A stretch of 64,000 bases of DNA, from the NCBI GenBank assembly GCA_964057225.1, contig OZ059900.1, forward strand, positions 16,740,001 to 16,804,000, in the 5' to 3' direction. The notes under the pieces are model-generated. The model saw only the letters and a list, made by a program, of their open reading frames with translations. It did not search any database and was not told the DNA's origin. This document shows positions 24,501-39,949 of the stretch, piece after piece (within the stretch, counting starts at the first letter, position 1; every line of letters begins with the position of its first letter). The DNA comes from Auanema rhodensis. Taxonomy: Eukaryota; Animalia; Nematoda. The translations under genes and the position numbers were made by a program.

Positions 24501-27500
24501 TTTCCTTAATTTTCTAACCCCTGTTTTTTTGTCGTGAAAGTGGAACTAGACGTTGTACGAACAATTTTGAGCTAGGTTTCATTGACATTGCATGAGTTTG
24601 AACACATGAAATCGTAAGTCAAAACCTTGTTTACAGCGAAATTTCCAAAAACTGGTTTTCCAGCATAATAGAATATTTCTCATGGGAAATACTGTGTTTT
24701 TGTATTTTTCTAGTCTTCAGCATGTAAAATGCTTCATTTTAGTATGTAACACGCTGAAATTCGTTGCATTTGACGACTCATATGAACAAAAATCGATTTA
24801 ATCAATATTAGCCATAAGGGGCGTGCCCTCAGAATATGCTAATTTCCTTAATTTTCTAACCCCTGTTTTTTTGTCGTGAAAGTGGAACTAGACGTTGTAC
24901 GAACAATTTTGAGCTAGGTTTCATTGACATTGCATGAGTTTGAACACATGAAATCGTAAGTCAAAACCTTGTTTACAGCGAAATTTCCACAAACTGGTTT
25001 TCCAGCATAATAAAATATTTCTCATGGGAAATACTGTGTTTTTGTATTCTTCTAGTGTTCAGCATGTAAAATGCTTCATTTTAGTATGTAACACGCTGAA
25101 ATTCGTTGCATTTGACGACTCATATGAACAAAAATCGATTTAATCAATATTAGCCATAAGGGGCGTGCCCTCAGAATATGCTAATTTCCTTAATTTTCTA
25201 ACCCCTGTTTTTTTGTCGTGAAAGTGGAACTAGACGTTGTACGAACAATTTTGAGCTAGGTTTCATTGACATTGCATGAGTTTGAACACATGAAATCGTA
25301 AGTCAAAACCTTGTTTACAGCGAAATTTCCAAAAACTGGTTTTCCAGCATAATAAAATATTTCTCATGGGAAATACTGTGTTTTTGTATTTTTCTAGTCT
25401 TCAGCATGTAAAATGCTTCATTTTAGTATGTAACACGCTGAAATTCGTTGCATTTGACGACTCATATGAACAAAAATCGATTTAATCAATATTAGCCATA
25501 AGGGGCGTGCCCTCAGAATATGCTAATTTCCTTAATTTTCTAACCCTTGTTTTTTTGTCGTGAAAGTGGAACTAGACGTTGTACGAACAATTTTGAGCTA
25601 GGTTTCATTGACATTGCATGAGTTTGAACACATGAAATCGTAAGTCAAAACCTTGTTTACAGCGAAATTTCGAAAAACTGGTTTTCCAGCATAATAAAAT
25701 ATTTCTCATGGGAAATACTGTGTTTTTGTATTCTTCTAGTGTTCAGCATGTGAAATGTTTCATTTTAGTGTGTAACACGCTGAAATTCGTTGCATTTGAC
25801 GACTCATATGAACAAAAATCGATTTAATCAATATTAGCCATAAGGGGCGTGCCCTCAGAATATGCTAATTTCCTTAATTTTCTAACCCCTGTTTTTTTGT
25901 CGTGAAAGTGGAACTAGACGTTGTACGAACAATTTTGAGCTAGGTTTCATTGACATTGCATGAGTTTGAACACATGAAATCGTAAGTCAAAACCTTGTTT
26001 ACAGCGAAATTTCCAAAAACTGGTTTTCCAGCATAATAAAATATTTCTCATGGGAAATACTGTGTTTTTGTATTTTTCTAGTGTTCAGCATGTAAAATGC
26101 TTCATTTTAGTATGTAACACGCTGAAATTCGTTGCATTTGACGACTCATATGAACAAAAATCGATTTAATCAATATTAGCCATAAGGGGCGTGCCCTCAG
26201 AATATGCTAATTTCCTTAATTTATCTAACCCTTGTTTTTTTGTCGTGAAAGTGGAACTAGACGTTGTACAAACAATTTTGAGCTAGGTTTCATTGACATT
26301 GCATGAGTTTGAACACATGAAATCGTAAGTCAAAACCTTGTTTACAGCGAAATTTCCAAAAACTGGTTTTCCAGCATGATAAAATATTTCTCATGGGAAA
26401 TACTGTGTTTTTGTATTTTTCTAGTGTTCAGCATGTAAAATGCTTCATTTTAGTATGTAACACGCTGAAATTCGTTGCATTTGACGACTCATATGAACAA
26501 AAATCGATTTAATCAATATTAGCCATAAGGGGCGTGCCCTCAGAATATGCTAATTTCCTTAATTTTCTAACCCCTGTTTTTTTGTCGTGAAAGTGGAACT
26601 AGACGTTGTACGAACAATTTTGAGCTAGGTTTCATTGACATTGCATGAGTTTGAACACATGAAATCGTAAGTCAAAACCTTGTTTACAGCGAAATTTCCA
26701 AAAACTGGTTTTCCAGCATAATAAAATATTTCTCATGGGAAATACTGTGTTTTTGTATTTTTCTAGTCTTCAGCATGTAAAATGCTTCATTTTAGTATGT
26801 AACACGCTGAAATTCGTTGCATTTGACGACTCATATGAACAAAAATCGATTTAATCAATATTAGCCATAAGGGGCGTGCCCTCAGAATATGCTAATTTCC
26901 TTAATTTTCTAACCCTTGTTTTTTTGTCGTGAAAGTGGAACTAGACGTTGTACGAACAATTTTGAGCTAGGTTTCATTGACATTGCATGAGTTTGAACAC
27001 ATGAAATCGTAAGTCAAAACCTTGTTTACAGCGAAATTTCGAAAAACTGGTTTTCCAGCATAATAAAATATTTCTCATGGGAAATACTGTGTTTTTGTAT
27101 TCTGCTAGTGTTCAGCATGTGAAATGTTTCATTTTAGTGTGTAACACGCTGAAATTCGTTGCATTTGACGACTCATATGAACAAAAATCGATTTAATCAA
27201 TATTAGCCATAAGGGGCGTGCCCTCAGAATATGCTAATTTCCTTAATTTTCTAACCCCTGTTGTTTTGTCGTGAAAGTGGAACTAGACGTTGTACGAACA
27301 ATTTTGAGCTAGGTTTCATTGACATTGCATGAGTTTGAACACATGAAATCGTAAGTCAAAACCTTGTTTACAGCGAAATTTCCAAAAACTGGTTTTCCAG
27401 CATAATAAAATATTTCTCATGGGAAATACTGTGTTTTTGTATTTTTCTAGTGTTCAGCATGTAAAATGCTTCATTTTAGTATGTAACACGCTGAAATTCG

Positions 27501-30500
27501 TTGCATTTGACGACTCATATGAACAAAAATCGATTTAATCAATATTAGCCATAAGGGGCGTGCCCTCAGAATATGCTAATTTCCTTAATTTATCTAACCC
27601 TTGTTTTTTTGTCGTGAAAGTGGAACTAGACGTTGTACAAACAATTTTGAGCTAGGTTTCATTGACATTGCATGAGTTTGAACACATGAAATCGTAAGTC
27701 AAAACCTTGTTTACAGCGAAATTTCCAAAAACTGGTTTTCCAGCATGATAAAATATTTCTCATGGGAAATACTGTGTTTTTGTATTTTTCTAGTGTTCAG
27801 CATGTAAAATGCTTCATTTTAGTATGTAACACGCTGAAATTCGTTGCATTTGACGACTCATATGAACAAAAATCGATTTAATCAATATTAGCCATAAGGG
27901 GCGTGCCCTCAGAATATGCTAATTTCCTTAATTTTCTAACCCTTGTTTTTTTGTCGTGAAAGTGGAACTAGACGTTGTACAAACAATTTTGAGCTAGGTT
28001 TCATTGACATTGCATGAGTTTGAACACATGAAATCGTAAGTCAAAACCTTGTTTACAGCGAAATTTCCAAAAACTGGTTTTCCAGCATGATAAAATATTT
28101 CTCATGGGAAATACTGTGTTTTTGTATTTTTCTAGTGTTCAGCATGTAAAATGCTTCATTTAAGTATGTAACACGCTGAAATTCGTTGCATTTGACGACT
28201 CATATGAACAAAAATCGATTTAATCAATATTAGCCATAAGGGGCGTGCCCTCAGAATATGCTAATTTCCTTAATTTTCTAACCCCTGTTTTTTTGTCGTG
28301 AAAGTGGAACTAGACGTTGTACGAACAATTTTGAGCTAGGTTTCATTAACATTGCATGAGTTTGAACACATGAAATCGTAAGTCAAAACCTTGTTTACAG
28401 CGAAATTTCCACAAACTGGTTTTCCAGCATAATAAAATATTTCTCATGGGAAATACTGTGTTTTTGTATTCTTCTAGTGTTCAGCATGTAAAATGCTTCA
28501 TTTTAGTATGTAACACGCTGAAATTCGTTGCATTTGACGACTCATATGAACAAAAATCGATTTAATCAATATTAGCCATAAGGGGCGTGCCCTCAGAATA
28601 TGCTAATTTCCTTAATTTTCTAACCCCTGTTTTTTTGTCGTGAAAGTGGAACTAGACGTTGTACGAACAATTTTGAGCTAGGTTTCATTGACATTGCATG
28701 AGTTTGAACACATGAAATCGTAAGTCAAAACCTTGTTTACAGCGAAATTTCCAAAAACTGGTTTTCCAGCATAATAAAATATTTCTCATGGGAAATACAG
28801 TGTTTTTGTATTTTTCTAGTGTTCAGCATGTAAAATGCTTCATTTTAGTATGTAACACGCTGAAATTCGTTGCATTTGACGACTCATATGAACAAAAATC
28901 GATTTAATCAATATTAGCCATAAGGGGCGTGCCCTCAGAATATGCTAATTTCCTTAATTTTCTAACCCCTGTTTTTTTGTCGTGAAAGTGGAACTAGACG
29001 TTGTACGAACAATTTTGAGCTAGGTTTCATTGACATTGCATGAGTTTGAACACATGAAATCGTAAGTCAAAACCTTGTTTACAGCGAAATTTCCAAAAAC
29101 TGGTTTTCCAGCATAATAAAATATTTCTCATGGGAAATACTGTGTTTTTGTATTTATCTAGTGTTCAGCATGTAAAATGCTTCATTTTAGTATGTAACAC
29201 GCTGAAATTCGTTGCATTTGACGACTCATATGAACAAAAATCGATTTAATCAATATTAGCCATAAGGGGCGTGCCCTCAGAATATGCTAATTTCCTTAAT
29301 TTTCTAACCCCTGTTTTTTTGTCGTGAAAGTGGAACTAGACGTTGTACGAACAATTTTGAGCTAGGTTTCATTGACATTGCATGAGTTTGAACACATGAA
29401 ATCGTAAGTCAAAACCTTGTTTACAGCGAAATTTCCAAAAACTGGTTTTCCAGCATAATAAAATATTTCTCATGGGGAATACTGTGTTTTTGTATTTTTC
29501 TAGTGTTCAGCATGTAAAATGCTTCATTTTAGTATGTAACACGCTGAAATTCGTTGCATTTGACGACTCATATGAACAAAAATCGATTTAATCAATATTA
29601 GCCATAAGGGGCGTGCCCTCAGAATATGCTAATTTCCTTAATTTTCTAACCCCTGTTTTTTTGTCGTGAAAGTGGAACTAGACGTTGTACGAACAATTTT
29701 GAGCTAGGTTTCATTGACATTGCATGAGTTTGAACACATGAAATCGTAAGTCAAAACCTTGTTTACAGCGAAATTTCCAAAAACTGGTTTTCCAGCATAA
29801 TAAAATATTTCTCATGGGAAACACTGTGTTTTTGTATTTTTCTAGTGTTCAGCATGTAAAATGCTTCATTTTAGTTTGTAACACGCTGAAATTCGTTGCA
29901 TTTGACGACTCATATGAACAAAAATCGATTTAATCAATATTAGCCATAAGGGGCGTGCCCTCAGAATATGCTAATTTCCTTAATTTTCTAACCCCTGTTT
30001 TTTTGTCGTGAAAGTGGAACTAGACGTTGTACGAACAATTTTGAGCTAGGTTTCATTGACATTGCATGAGTTTGAACACATGAAATCGTAAGTCAAAACC
30101 TTGTTTACAGCGAAATTTCCAAAAACTGGTTTTCCAGCATAATAAAATATTTCTCATGGGAAATACTGTGTTTTTGTATTTTTCTAGTGTTCAGCATGTG
30201 AAATGCTTCATTTTAGTGTGTAACACGCTGAAATTCGTTGCATTTGACGACTCATATGAACAAAAATCGATTTAATCAATATTAGCCATAAGGGGCGTGC
30301 CCTCAGAATATGCTAATTTCCTTAATTTTCTAACCCCTGTTTTTTTGTCGTGAAAGTGGAACTAGACGTTGTACGAACAATTTTGAGCTAGGTTTCATTG
30401 ACGTTGCATGAGTTTGAACACATGAAATCGTAAGTCAAAACCTTGTTTACAGCGAAATTTCCAAAAACTGGTTTTCCAGCATAATAAAATATTTCTCATG

Positions 30501-33500
30501 GGAAACACTGTGTTTTTGTATTTTTCTAGTGTTCAGCATGTAAAATGCTTCATTTTAGTTTGTAACACGCTGAAATTCGTTGCATTTGACGACTCATATG
30601 AACAAAAATCGATTTAATCAATATTAGCCATAAGGGGCGTGCCCTCAGAATATGCTAATTTCCTTAATTTTCTAACCCTTGTTTTTTTGTCGTGAAAGTG
30701 GAACTAGACGTTGTACAAACAATTTTGAGCTAGGTTTCATTGACATTGCATGAGTTTGAACACATGAAATCGTAAGTCAAAACCTTGTTTACAGCGAAAT
30801 TTCCAAAAACTGGTTTTCCAGCATGATAAAATATTTCTCATGGGAAATACTGTGTTTTTGTATTTTTCTAGTGTTCAGCATGTAAAATGCTTCATTTTAG
30901 TATGTAACACGCTGAAATTCGTTGCATTTGACGACTCATATGAACAAAAATCGATTTAATCAATATTAGCCATAAGGGGCGTGCCCTCAGAATATGCTAA
31001 TTTCCTTAATTTTCTAACCCCTGTTTTTTTGTCGTGAAAGTGGAACTAGACGTTGTACGAACAATTTTGAGCTAGGATTCATTAACATTGCATGAGTTTG
31101 AACACATGAAATCGTAAGTCAAAACCTTGTTTACAGCGAAATTTCCACAAACTGGTTTTCCAGCATAATAAAATATTTCTCATGGGAAATACTGTGTTTT
31201 TGTATTCTTCTAGTGTTCAGCATGTAAAATGCTTCATTTTAGTATGTAACACGCTGAAATTCGTTGCATTTGACGACTCATATGAACAAAAATCGATTTA
31301 ATCAATATTAGCCATAAGGGGCGTGCCCTCAGAATATGCTAATTTCCTTAATTTTCTAACCCCTGTTTTTTTGTCGTGAAAGTGGAACTAGACGTTGTAC
31401 GAACAATTTTGAGCTAGGTTTCATTGACATTGCATGAGTTTGAACACATGAAATCGTAAGTCAAAACCTTGTTTACAGCGAAATTTCCAAAAACTGGTTT
31501 TCCAGCATAATAAAATATTTCTCATGGGAAATACAGTGTTTTTGTATTTTTCTAGTGTTCAGCATGTAAAATGCTTCATTTTAGTATGTAACACGCTGAA
31601 ATTCGTTGCATTTGACGACTCATATGAACAAAAATCGATTTAATCAATATTAGCCATAAGGGGCGTGCCCTCAGAATATGCTAATTTCCTTAATTTTCTA
31701 ACCCCTGTTTTTTTGTCGTGAAAGTGGAACTAGACGTTGTACGAACAATTTTGAGCTAGGTTTCATTGACATTGCATGAGTTTGAACACATGAAATCGTA
31801 AGTCAAAACCTTGTTTACAGCGAAATTTCCAAAAACTGGTTTTCCAGCATAATAAAATATTTCTCATGGGAAATACTGTGTTTTTGTATTTATCTAGTGT
31901 TCAGCATGTAAAATGCTTCATTTTAGTATGTAACACGCTGAAATTCGTTGCATTTGACGACTCATATGAACAAAAATCGATTTAATCAATATTAGCCATA
32001 AGGGGCGTGCCCTCAGAATATGCTAATTTCCTTAATTTTCTAACCCCTGTTTTTTTGTCGTGAAAGTGGAACTAGACGTTGTACGAACAATTTTGAGCTA
32101 GGTTTCATTGACATTGCATGAGTTTGAACACATGAAATCGTAAGTCAAAACCTTGTTTACAGCGAAATTTCCAAAAACTGGTTTTCCAGCATAATAAAAT
32201 ATTTCTCATGGGGAATACTGTGTTTTTGTATTTTTCTAGTGTTCAGCATGTAAAATGCTTCATTTTAGTATGTAACACGCTGAAATTCGTTGCATTTGAC
32301 GACTCATATGAACAAAAATCGATTTAATCAATATTAGCCATAAGGGGCGTGCCCTCAGAATATGCTAATTTCCTTAATTTTCTAACCCCTGTTTTTTTGT
32401 CGTGAAAGTGGAACTAGACGTTGTACGAACAATTTTGAGCTAGGTTTCATTGACATTGCATGAGTTTGAACACATGAAATCGTAAGTCAAAACCTTGTTT
32501 ACAGCGAAATTTCCAAAAACTGGTTTTCCAGCATAATAAAATATTTCTCATGGGAAACACTGTGTTTTTGTATTTTTCTAGTGTTCAGCATGTAAAATGC
32601 TTCATTTTAGTTTGTAACACGCTGAAATTCGTTGCATTTGACGACTCATATGAACAAAAATCGATTTAATCAATATTAGCCATAAGGGGCGTGCCCTCAG
32701 AATATGCTAATTTCCTTAATTTTCTAACCCCTGTTTTTTTGTCGTGAAAGTGGAACTAGACGTTGTACGAACAATTTTGAGCTAGGTTTCATTGACATTG
32801 CATGAGTTTGAACACATGAAATCGTAAGTCAAAACCTTGTTTACAGCGAAATTTCCAAAAACTGGTTTTCCAGCATAATAAAATATTTCTCATGGGAAAT
32901 ACTGTGTTTTTGTATTTTTCTAGTGTTCAGCATGTGAAATGCTTCATTTTAGTGTGTAACACGCTGAAATTCGTTGCATTTGACGACTCATATGAACAAA
33001 AATCGATTTAATCAATATTAGCCATAAGGGGCGTGCCCTCAGAATATGCTAATTTCCTTAATTTTCTAACCCCTGTTTTTTTGTCGTGAAAGTGGAAATA
33101 GACGTTGTACGAACAATTTTGAGCTAGGTTTCATTGACGTTGCATGAGTTTGAACACATGAAATCGTAAGTCAAAACCTTGTTTACAGCGAAATTTCCAA
33201 AAACTGGTTTTCCAGCATAATAAAATATTTCTCATGGGAAACACTGTGTTTTTGTATTTTTCTAGTGTTCAGCATGTAAAATGCTTCATTTTAGTTTGTA
33301 ACACGCTGAAATTCGTTGCATTTGACGACTCATATGAACAAAAATCGATTTAATCAATATTAGCCATAAGGGGCGTGCCCTCAGAATATGCTAATTTCCT
33401 TAATTTTCTAACCCCTGTTTTTTTGTCGTGAAAGTGGAACTAGACGTTGTACAAACAATTTTGAGCTAGGTTTCATTGACATTGCATGAGTTTGAACACA

Positions 33501-36500
33501 TGAAATCGTAAGTCAAAACCTTGTTTACAGCGAAATTTCCAAAAACTGGTTTTCCAGCATGATAAAATATTTCTCATGGGAAATACTGTGTTTTTGTATT
33601 TTTCTAGTGTTCAGCATGTAAAATGCTTCATTTTAATGTGTAACACGCTGAAATTCGTTGCATTTGACGACTCATATGAACAAAAATCGATTTAATCAAT
33701 ATTGGCCATAAGGGGCGTGCCCTCAGAATATGCTAATTTCCTTAATTTTCTAACCCCTGTTTTTTTGTCGTGAAAGTGGAACTAGACGTTGTACAAACAA
33801 TTTTGAGCTAGGTTTCATTGACATTGCATGAGTTTGAACACATGAAATCGTAAGTCAAAACCTTGTTTACAGCGAAATTTCCAAAAACTGGTTTTCCAGC
33901 ATGATAAAATATTTCTCATGGGAAATACTGTGTTTTTGTATTTTTCTAGTGTTCAGCATGTAAAATGCTTCATTTTAGTATGTAACACGCTGAAATTCGT
34001 TGCATTTGACGACTCATATGAACAAAAATCGATTTAATCAATATTAGCCATAAGGGGCGTGCCCTCAGAATATGCTAATTTCCTTAATTTTGTAACCCCT
34101 GTTTTTTTGTCGTGAAAGTTGAACTAGACGTTGTACGAACAATTTTGAGCTAGGTTTCATTGACGTTGCATGAGTTTGAACACATGAAATCGTAAGTCAA
34201 AACCTTGTTTACAGCGAAATTTCCAAAAACTGGTTTTCCAGCATAATAAAATATTTCTCATGGGAAACACTGTGTTTTTGTATTTTTCTAGTGTTCAGCA
34301 TGTAAAATGCTTCATTTTAGTTTGTAACACGCTGAAATTCGTTGCATTTGACGACTCATATGAACAAAAATCGATTTAATCAATATTAGCCATAAGGGGC
34401 GTGCCCTCAGAATATGCTAATTTCCTTAATTTTCTAACCCCTGTTTTTTTGTCGTGAAAGTGGAACTAGACGTTGTACAAACAATTTTGAGCTAGGTTTC
34501 ATTGACATTGCATGAGTTTGAACACATGAAATCGTAAGTCAAAACCTTGTTTACAGCGAAATTTCCAAAAACTGGTTTTCCAGCATGATAAAATATTTCT
34601 CATGGGAAATACTGTGTTTTTGTATTTTTCTAGTGTTCAGAATGTAAAATGCTTCATTTTAGTGTGTAACACGCTGAAATTCGTTGCATTTGACGACTCA
34701 TATGAACAAAAATCGATTTAATCAATATTAGCCATAAGGGGCGTGCCCTCAGAATATGCTAATTTCCTTAATTTTCTAACCCCTGTTTTTTTGTCGTGAA
34801 AGTGGAAATAGACGTTGTACGAACAATTTTGAGCTAGGTTTCATTGACGTTGCATGAGTTTGAACACATGAAATCGTAAGTCAAAACCTTGTTTACAGCG
34901 AAATTTCCAAAAACTGGTTTTCCAGCATAATAAAATATTTCTCATGGGAAACACTGTGTTTTTGTATTTTTCTAGTGTTCAGCATGTAAAATGCTTCATT
35001 TTAGTTTGTAACACGCTGAAATTCGTTGCATTTGACGACTCATATGAACAAAAATCGATTTAATCAATATTAGCCATAAGGGGCGTGCCCTCAGAATATG
35101 CTAATTTCCTTAATTTTCTAACCCCTGTTTTTTTGTCGTGAAAGTGGAACTAGACGTTGTACAAACAATTTTGAGCTAGGTTTCATTGACATTGCATGAG
35201 TTTGAACACATGAAATCGTAAGTCAAAACCTTGTTTACAGCGAAATTTCCAAAAACTGGTTTTCCAGCATGATAAAATATTTCTCATGGGAAATACTGTG
35301 TTTTTGTATTTTTCTAGTGTTCAGCATGTAAAATGCTTCATTTTAATGTGTAACACGCTGAAATTCGTTGCATTTGACGACTCATATGAACAAAAATCGA
35401 TTTAATCAATATTGGCCATAAGGGGCGTGCCCTCAGAATATGCTAATTTCCTTAATTTTCTAACCCCTGTTTTTTTGTCGTGAAAGTGGAACTAGACGTT
35501 GTACAAACAATTTTGAGCTAGGTTTCATTGACATTGCATGAGTTTGAACACATGAAATCGTAAGTCAAAACCTTGTTTACAGCGAAATTTCCAAAAACTG
35601 GTTTTCCAGCATGATAAAATATTTCTCATGGGAAATACTGTGTTTTTGTATTTTTCTAGTGTTCAGCATGTAAAATGCTTCATTTTAGTATGTAACACGC
35701 TGAAATTCGTTGCATTTGACGACTCATATGAACAAAAATCGATTTAATCAATATTAGCCATAAGGGGCGTGCCCTCAGAATATGCTAATTTCCTTAATTT
35801 TGTAACCCCTGTTTTTTTGTCGTGAAAGTTGAACTAGACGTTGTACGAACAATTTTGAGCTAGGTTTCATTGACGTTGCATGAGTTTGAACACATGAAAT
35901 CGTAAGTCAAAACCTTGTTTACAGCGAAATTTCCAAAAACTGGTTTTCCAGCATAATAAAATATTTCTCATGGGAAACACTGTGTTTTTGTATTTTTCTA
36001 GTGTTCAGCATGTAAAATGCTTCATTTTAGTTTGTAACACGCTGAAATTCGTTGCATTTGACGACTCATATGAACAAAAATCGATTTAATCAATATTAGC
36101 CATAAGGGGCGTGCCCTCAGAATATGCTAATTTCCTTAATTTTCTAACCCCTGTTTTTTTGTCGTGAAAGTGGAACTAGACGTTGTACAAACAATTTTGA
36201 GCTAGGTTTCATTGACATTGCATGAGTTTGAACACATGAAATCGTAAGTCAAAACCTTGTTTACAGCGAAATTTCCAAAAACTGGTTTTCCAGCATGATA
36301 AAATATTTCTCATGGGAAATACTGTGTTTTTGTATTTTTCTAGTGTTCAGAATGTAAAATGCTTCATTTTAATGTGTAACACGCTGAAATTCGTTGCATT
36401 TGACGACTCATATGAACAAAAATCGATTTAATCAATATTAGCCATAAGGGGCGTGCCCTCAGAATATGCTAATTTCCTTAATTTTCTAACCCCTGTTTTT

Positions 36501-39500
36501 TTGTCGTGAAAGTGGAACTAGACGTTGTACGAACAATTTTGAGCTAGGTTTCATTGACATTGCATGAGTTTGAACACATGAAATCGTAAGTCAAAACCTT
36601 GTTTACAGCGAAATTTCCAAAAACTGGTTTTCCAGCATGATAAAATATTTCTCATGGGAAATACTGTGTTTTTGTATTTTTCTAGTGTTCAGCATGTAAA
36701 ATGCTTCATTTTAGTATGTAACACGCTGAAATTCGTTGCATTTGACGACTCATATGAACAAAAATCGATTTAATCAATATTAGCCATAAGGGGCGTGCCC
36801 TCAGAATATGCTAATTTCCTTAATTTTCTAACCCCTGTTTTTTTGTCGTGAAAGTGGAACTAGACGTTGTACGAACAATTTTGAGCTAGGTTTCATTGAC
36901 ATTGCATGAGTTTGAACACATGAAATCGTAAGTCAAAACCTTGTTTACAGCGAAATTTCCAAAAACTGGTTTTCCAGCATAATAAAATATTTCTCATGGG
37001 GAATACTGTGTTTTTGTATTTTTCTAGTGTTCAGCATGTAAAATGCTTCATTTTAGTATGTAACACGCTGAAATTCGTTGCATTTGACGACTCATATGAA
37101 CAAAAATCGATTTAATCAATATTAGCCATAAGGGGCGTGCCCTCAGAATATGCTAATTTCCTTAATTTTCTAACCCCTGTTTTTTTGTCGTGAAAGTGGA
37201 ACTAGACGTTGTACGAACAATTTTGAGCTAGGTTTCATTGACATTGCATGAGTTTGAACACATGAAATCGTAAGTCAAAACCTTGTTTACAGCGAAATTT
37301 CCAAAAACTGGTTTTCCAGCATAATAAAATATTTCTCATGGGAAACACTGTGTTTTTGTATTTTTCTAGTGTTCAGCATGTAAAATGCTTCATTTTAGTT
37401 TGTAACACGCTGAAATTCGTTGCATTTGACGACTCATATGAACAAAAATCGATTTAATCAATATTAGCCATAAGGGGCGTGCCCTCAGAATATGCTAATT
37501 TCCTTAATTTTCTAACCCCTGTTTTTTTGTCGTGAAAGTGGAACTAGACGTTGTACGAACAATTTTGAGCTAGGTTTCATTGACATTGCATGAGTTTGAA
37601 CACATGAAATCGTAAGTCAAAACCTTGTTTACAGCGAAATTTCCAAAAACTGGTTTTCCAGCATAATAAAATATTTCTCATGGGAAATACTGTGTTTTTG
37701 TATTTTTCTAGTGTTCAGCATGTGAAATGCTTCATTTTAGTGTGTAACACGCTGAAATTCGTTGCATTTGACGACTCATATGAACAAAAATCGATTTAAT
37801 CAATATTAGCCATAAGGGGCGTGCCCTCAGAATATGCTAATTTCCTTAATTTTCTAACCCCTGTTTTCTTGTCGTGAAAGTGGAACTAGACGTTGTACGA
37901 ACAATTTTGAGCTAGGTTTCATTGACGTTGCATGAGTTTGAACACATGAAATCGTAAGTCAAAACCTTGTTTACAGCGAAATTTCCAAAAACTGGTTTTC
38001 CAGCATGATAAAATATTTCTCATGGGAAATACTGTGTTTTTGTATTTTTCTAGTGTTCAGCATGTAAAATGCTTCATTTTAATGTGTAACACGCTGAAAT
38101 TCGTTGCATTTGACGACTCATATGAACAAAAATCGATTTAATCAATATTAGCCATAAGGGGCGTGCCCTCAGAATATGCTAATTTCCTTAATTTTCTAAC
38201 CCCTGTTTTTTTGTCGTGAAAGTGGAACTAGACGTTGTACAAACAATTTTGAGCTAGGTTTCATTGACATTGCATGAGTTTGAACACATGAAATCGTAAG
38301 TCAAAACCTTGTTTACAGCGAAATTTCCAAAAACTGGTTTTCCAGCATGATAAAATATTTCTCATGGGAAATACTGTGTTTTTGTATTTTTCTAGTGTTC
38401 AGCATGTAAAATGCTTCATTTTAGTATGTAACACGCTGAAATTCGTTGCATTTGACGACTCATATGAACAAAAATCGATTTAATCAATATTAGCCATAAG
38501 GGGCGTGCCCTCAGAATATGCTAATTTCCTTAATTTTCTAACCCCTGTTTTTTTGTCGTGAAAGTGGAACTAGACGTTGTACGAACAATTTTGAGCTAGG
38601 TTTCATTGACGTTGCATGAGTTTGAACACATGAAATCGTAAGTCAAAACCTTGTTTACAGCGAAATTTCCAAAAACTGGTTTTCCAGCATAATAAAATAT
38701 TTCTCATGGGAAACACTGTGTTTTTGTATTTTTCTAGTGTTCAGCATGTAAAATGCTTCATTTTAGTTTGTAACACGCTGAAATTCGTTGCATTTGACGA
38801 CTCATATGAACAAAAATCGATTTAATCAATATTAGCCATAAGGGGCGTGCCCTCAGAATATGCTAATTTCCTTAATTTTCTAACCCCTGTTTTTTTGTCG
38901 TGAAAGTGGAACTAGACGTTGTACAAACAATTTTGAGCTAGGTTTCATTGACATTGCATGAGTTTGAACACATGAAATCGTAAGTCAAAACCTTGTTTAC
39001 AGCGAAATTTCCAAAAACTGGTTTTCCAGCATGATAAAATATTTCTCATGGGAAATACTGTGTTTTTGTATTTTTCTAGTGTTCAGAATGTAAAATGCTT
39101 CATTTTAATGTGTAACACGCTGAAATTCGTTGCATTTGACAACTCATATGAACAAAAATCGATTTAATCAATATTAGCCATAAGGGGCGTGCCCTCAGAA
39201 TATGCTAATTTCCTTAATTTTCTAACCCCTGTTTTTTTGTCGTGAAAGTGGAACTAGACGTTGTACGAACAATTTTGAGCTAGGTTTCATTGACATTGCA
39301 TGAGTTTGAACACATGAAATCGTAAGTCAAAACCTTGTTTACAGCGAAATTTCCAAAAACTGGTTTTCCAGCATAATAAAATATTTCTCATGGGAAATAC
39401 TGTGTTTTTGTATTCTTCTAGTGTTCAGCATGTAAAATGCTTCATTTTAGTATGTAACACGCTGAAATTCGTTGCATTTGACGACTCATATGAACAAAAA

Positions 39501-39949
39501 TCGATTTAATCAATATTAGCCATAAGGGGCGTGCCCTCAGAATATGCTAATTTCCTTAATTTTCTAACCCCTGTTTTTTTGTCGTGAAAGTGGAACTAGA
39601 CGTTGTACGAACAATTTTGAGCTAGGTTTCATTGACATTGCATGACTTTGAACACATGAAATCGTAAGTCAAAACCTTGTTTACAGCGAAATTTCCAAAA
39701 ACTGGTTTTCCAGCATAATAAAATATTTCTCATGGGAAATACTGTGTTTTTGTATTTTTCTAGTGTTCAGCATGTAAAATGCTTCATTTTAGTATGTAAC
39801 ACGCTGAAATTCGTTGCATTTGACGACTTATATGAACAAAAATCGATTTAATCAATATTAGCCATAAGGGGCGTGCCCTCAGAATATGCTAATTTCCTTA
39901 ATTTTCTAACCCCTGTTTTTTTGTCGTGAAAGTGGAACTAGACGTTGTA

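Larger units (their letters stand above)
1..35912. repeat. Near-perfect inverted duplication: arm 1-17317 versus arm 18596-35912
   Basis: Rare variants pair with a constant coordinate sum of 35913: 1821/34092, 4836/31077, 8321/27592 (insertion), 8809/27104, 9690/26223 (insertion), 11242/24671, 12345/23568, 12655/23258, 12877/23036, 15150/20763 and 17271/18642. Confidence 0.96.
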
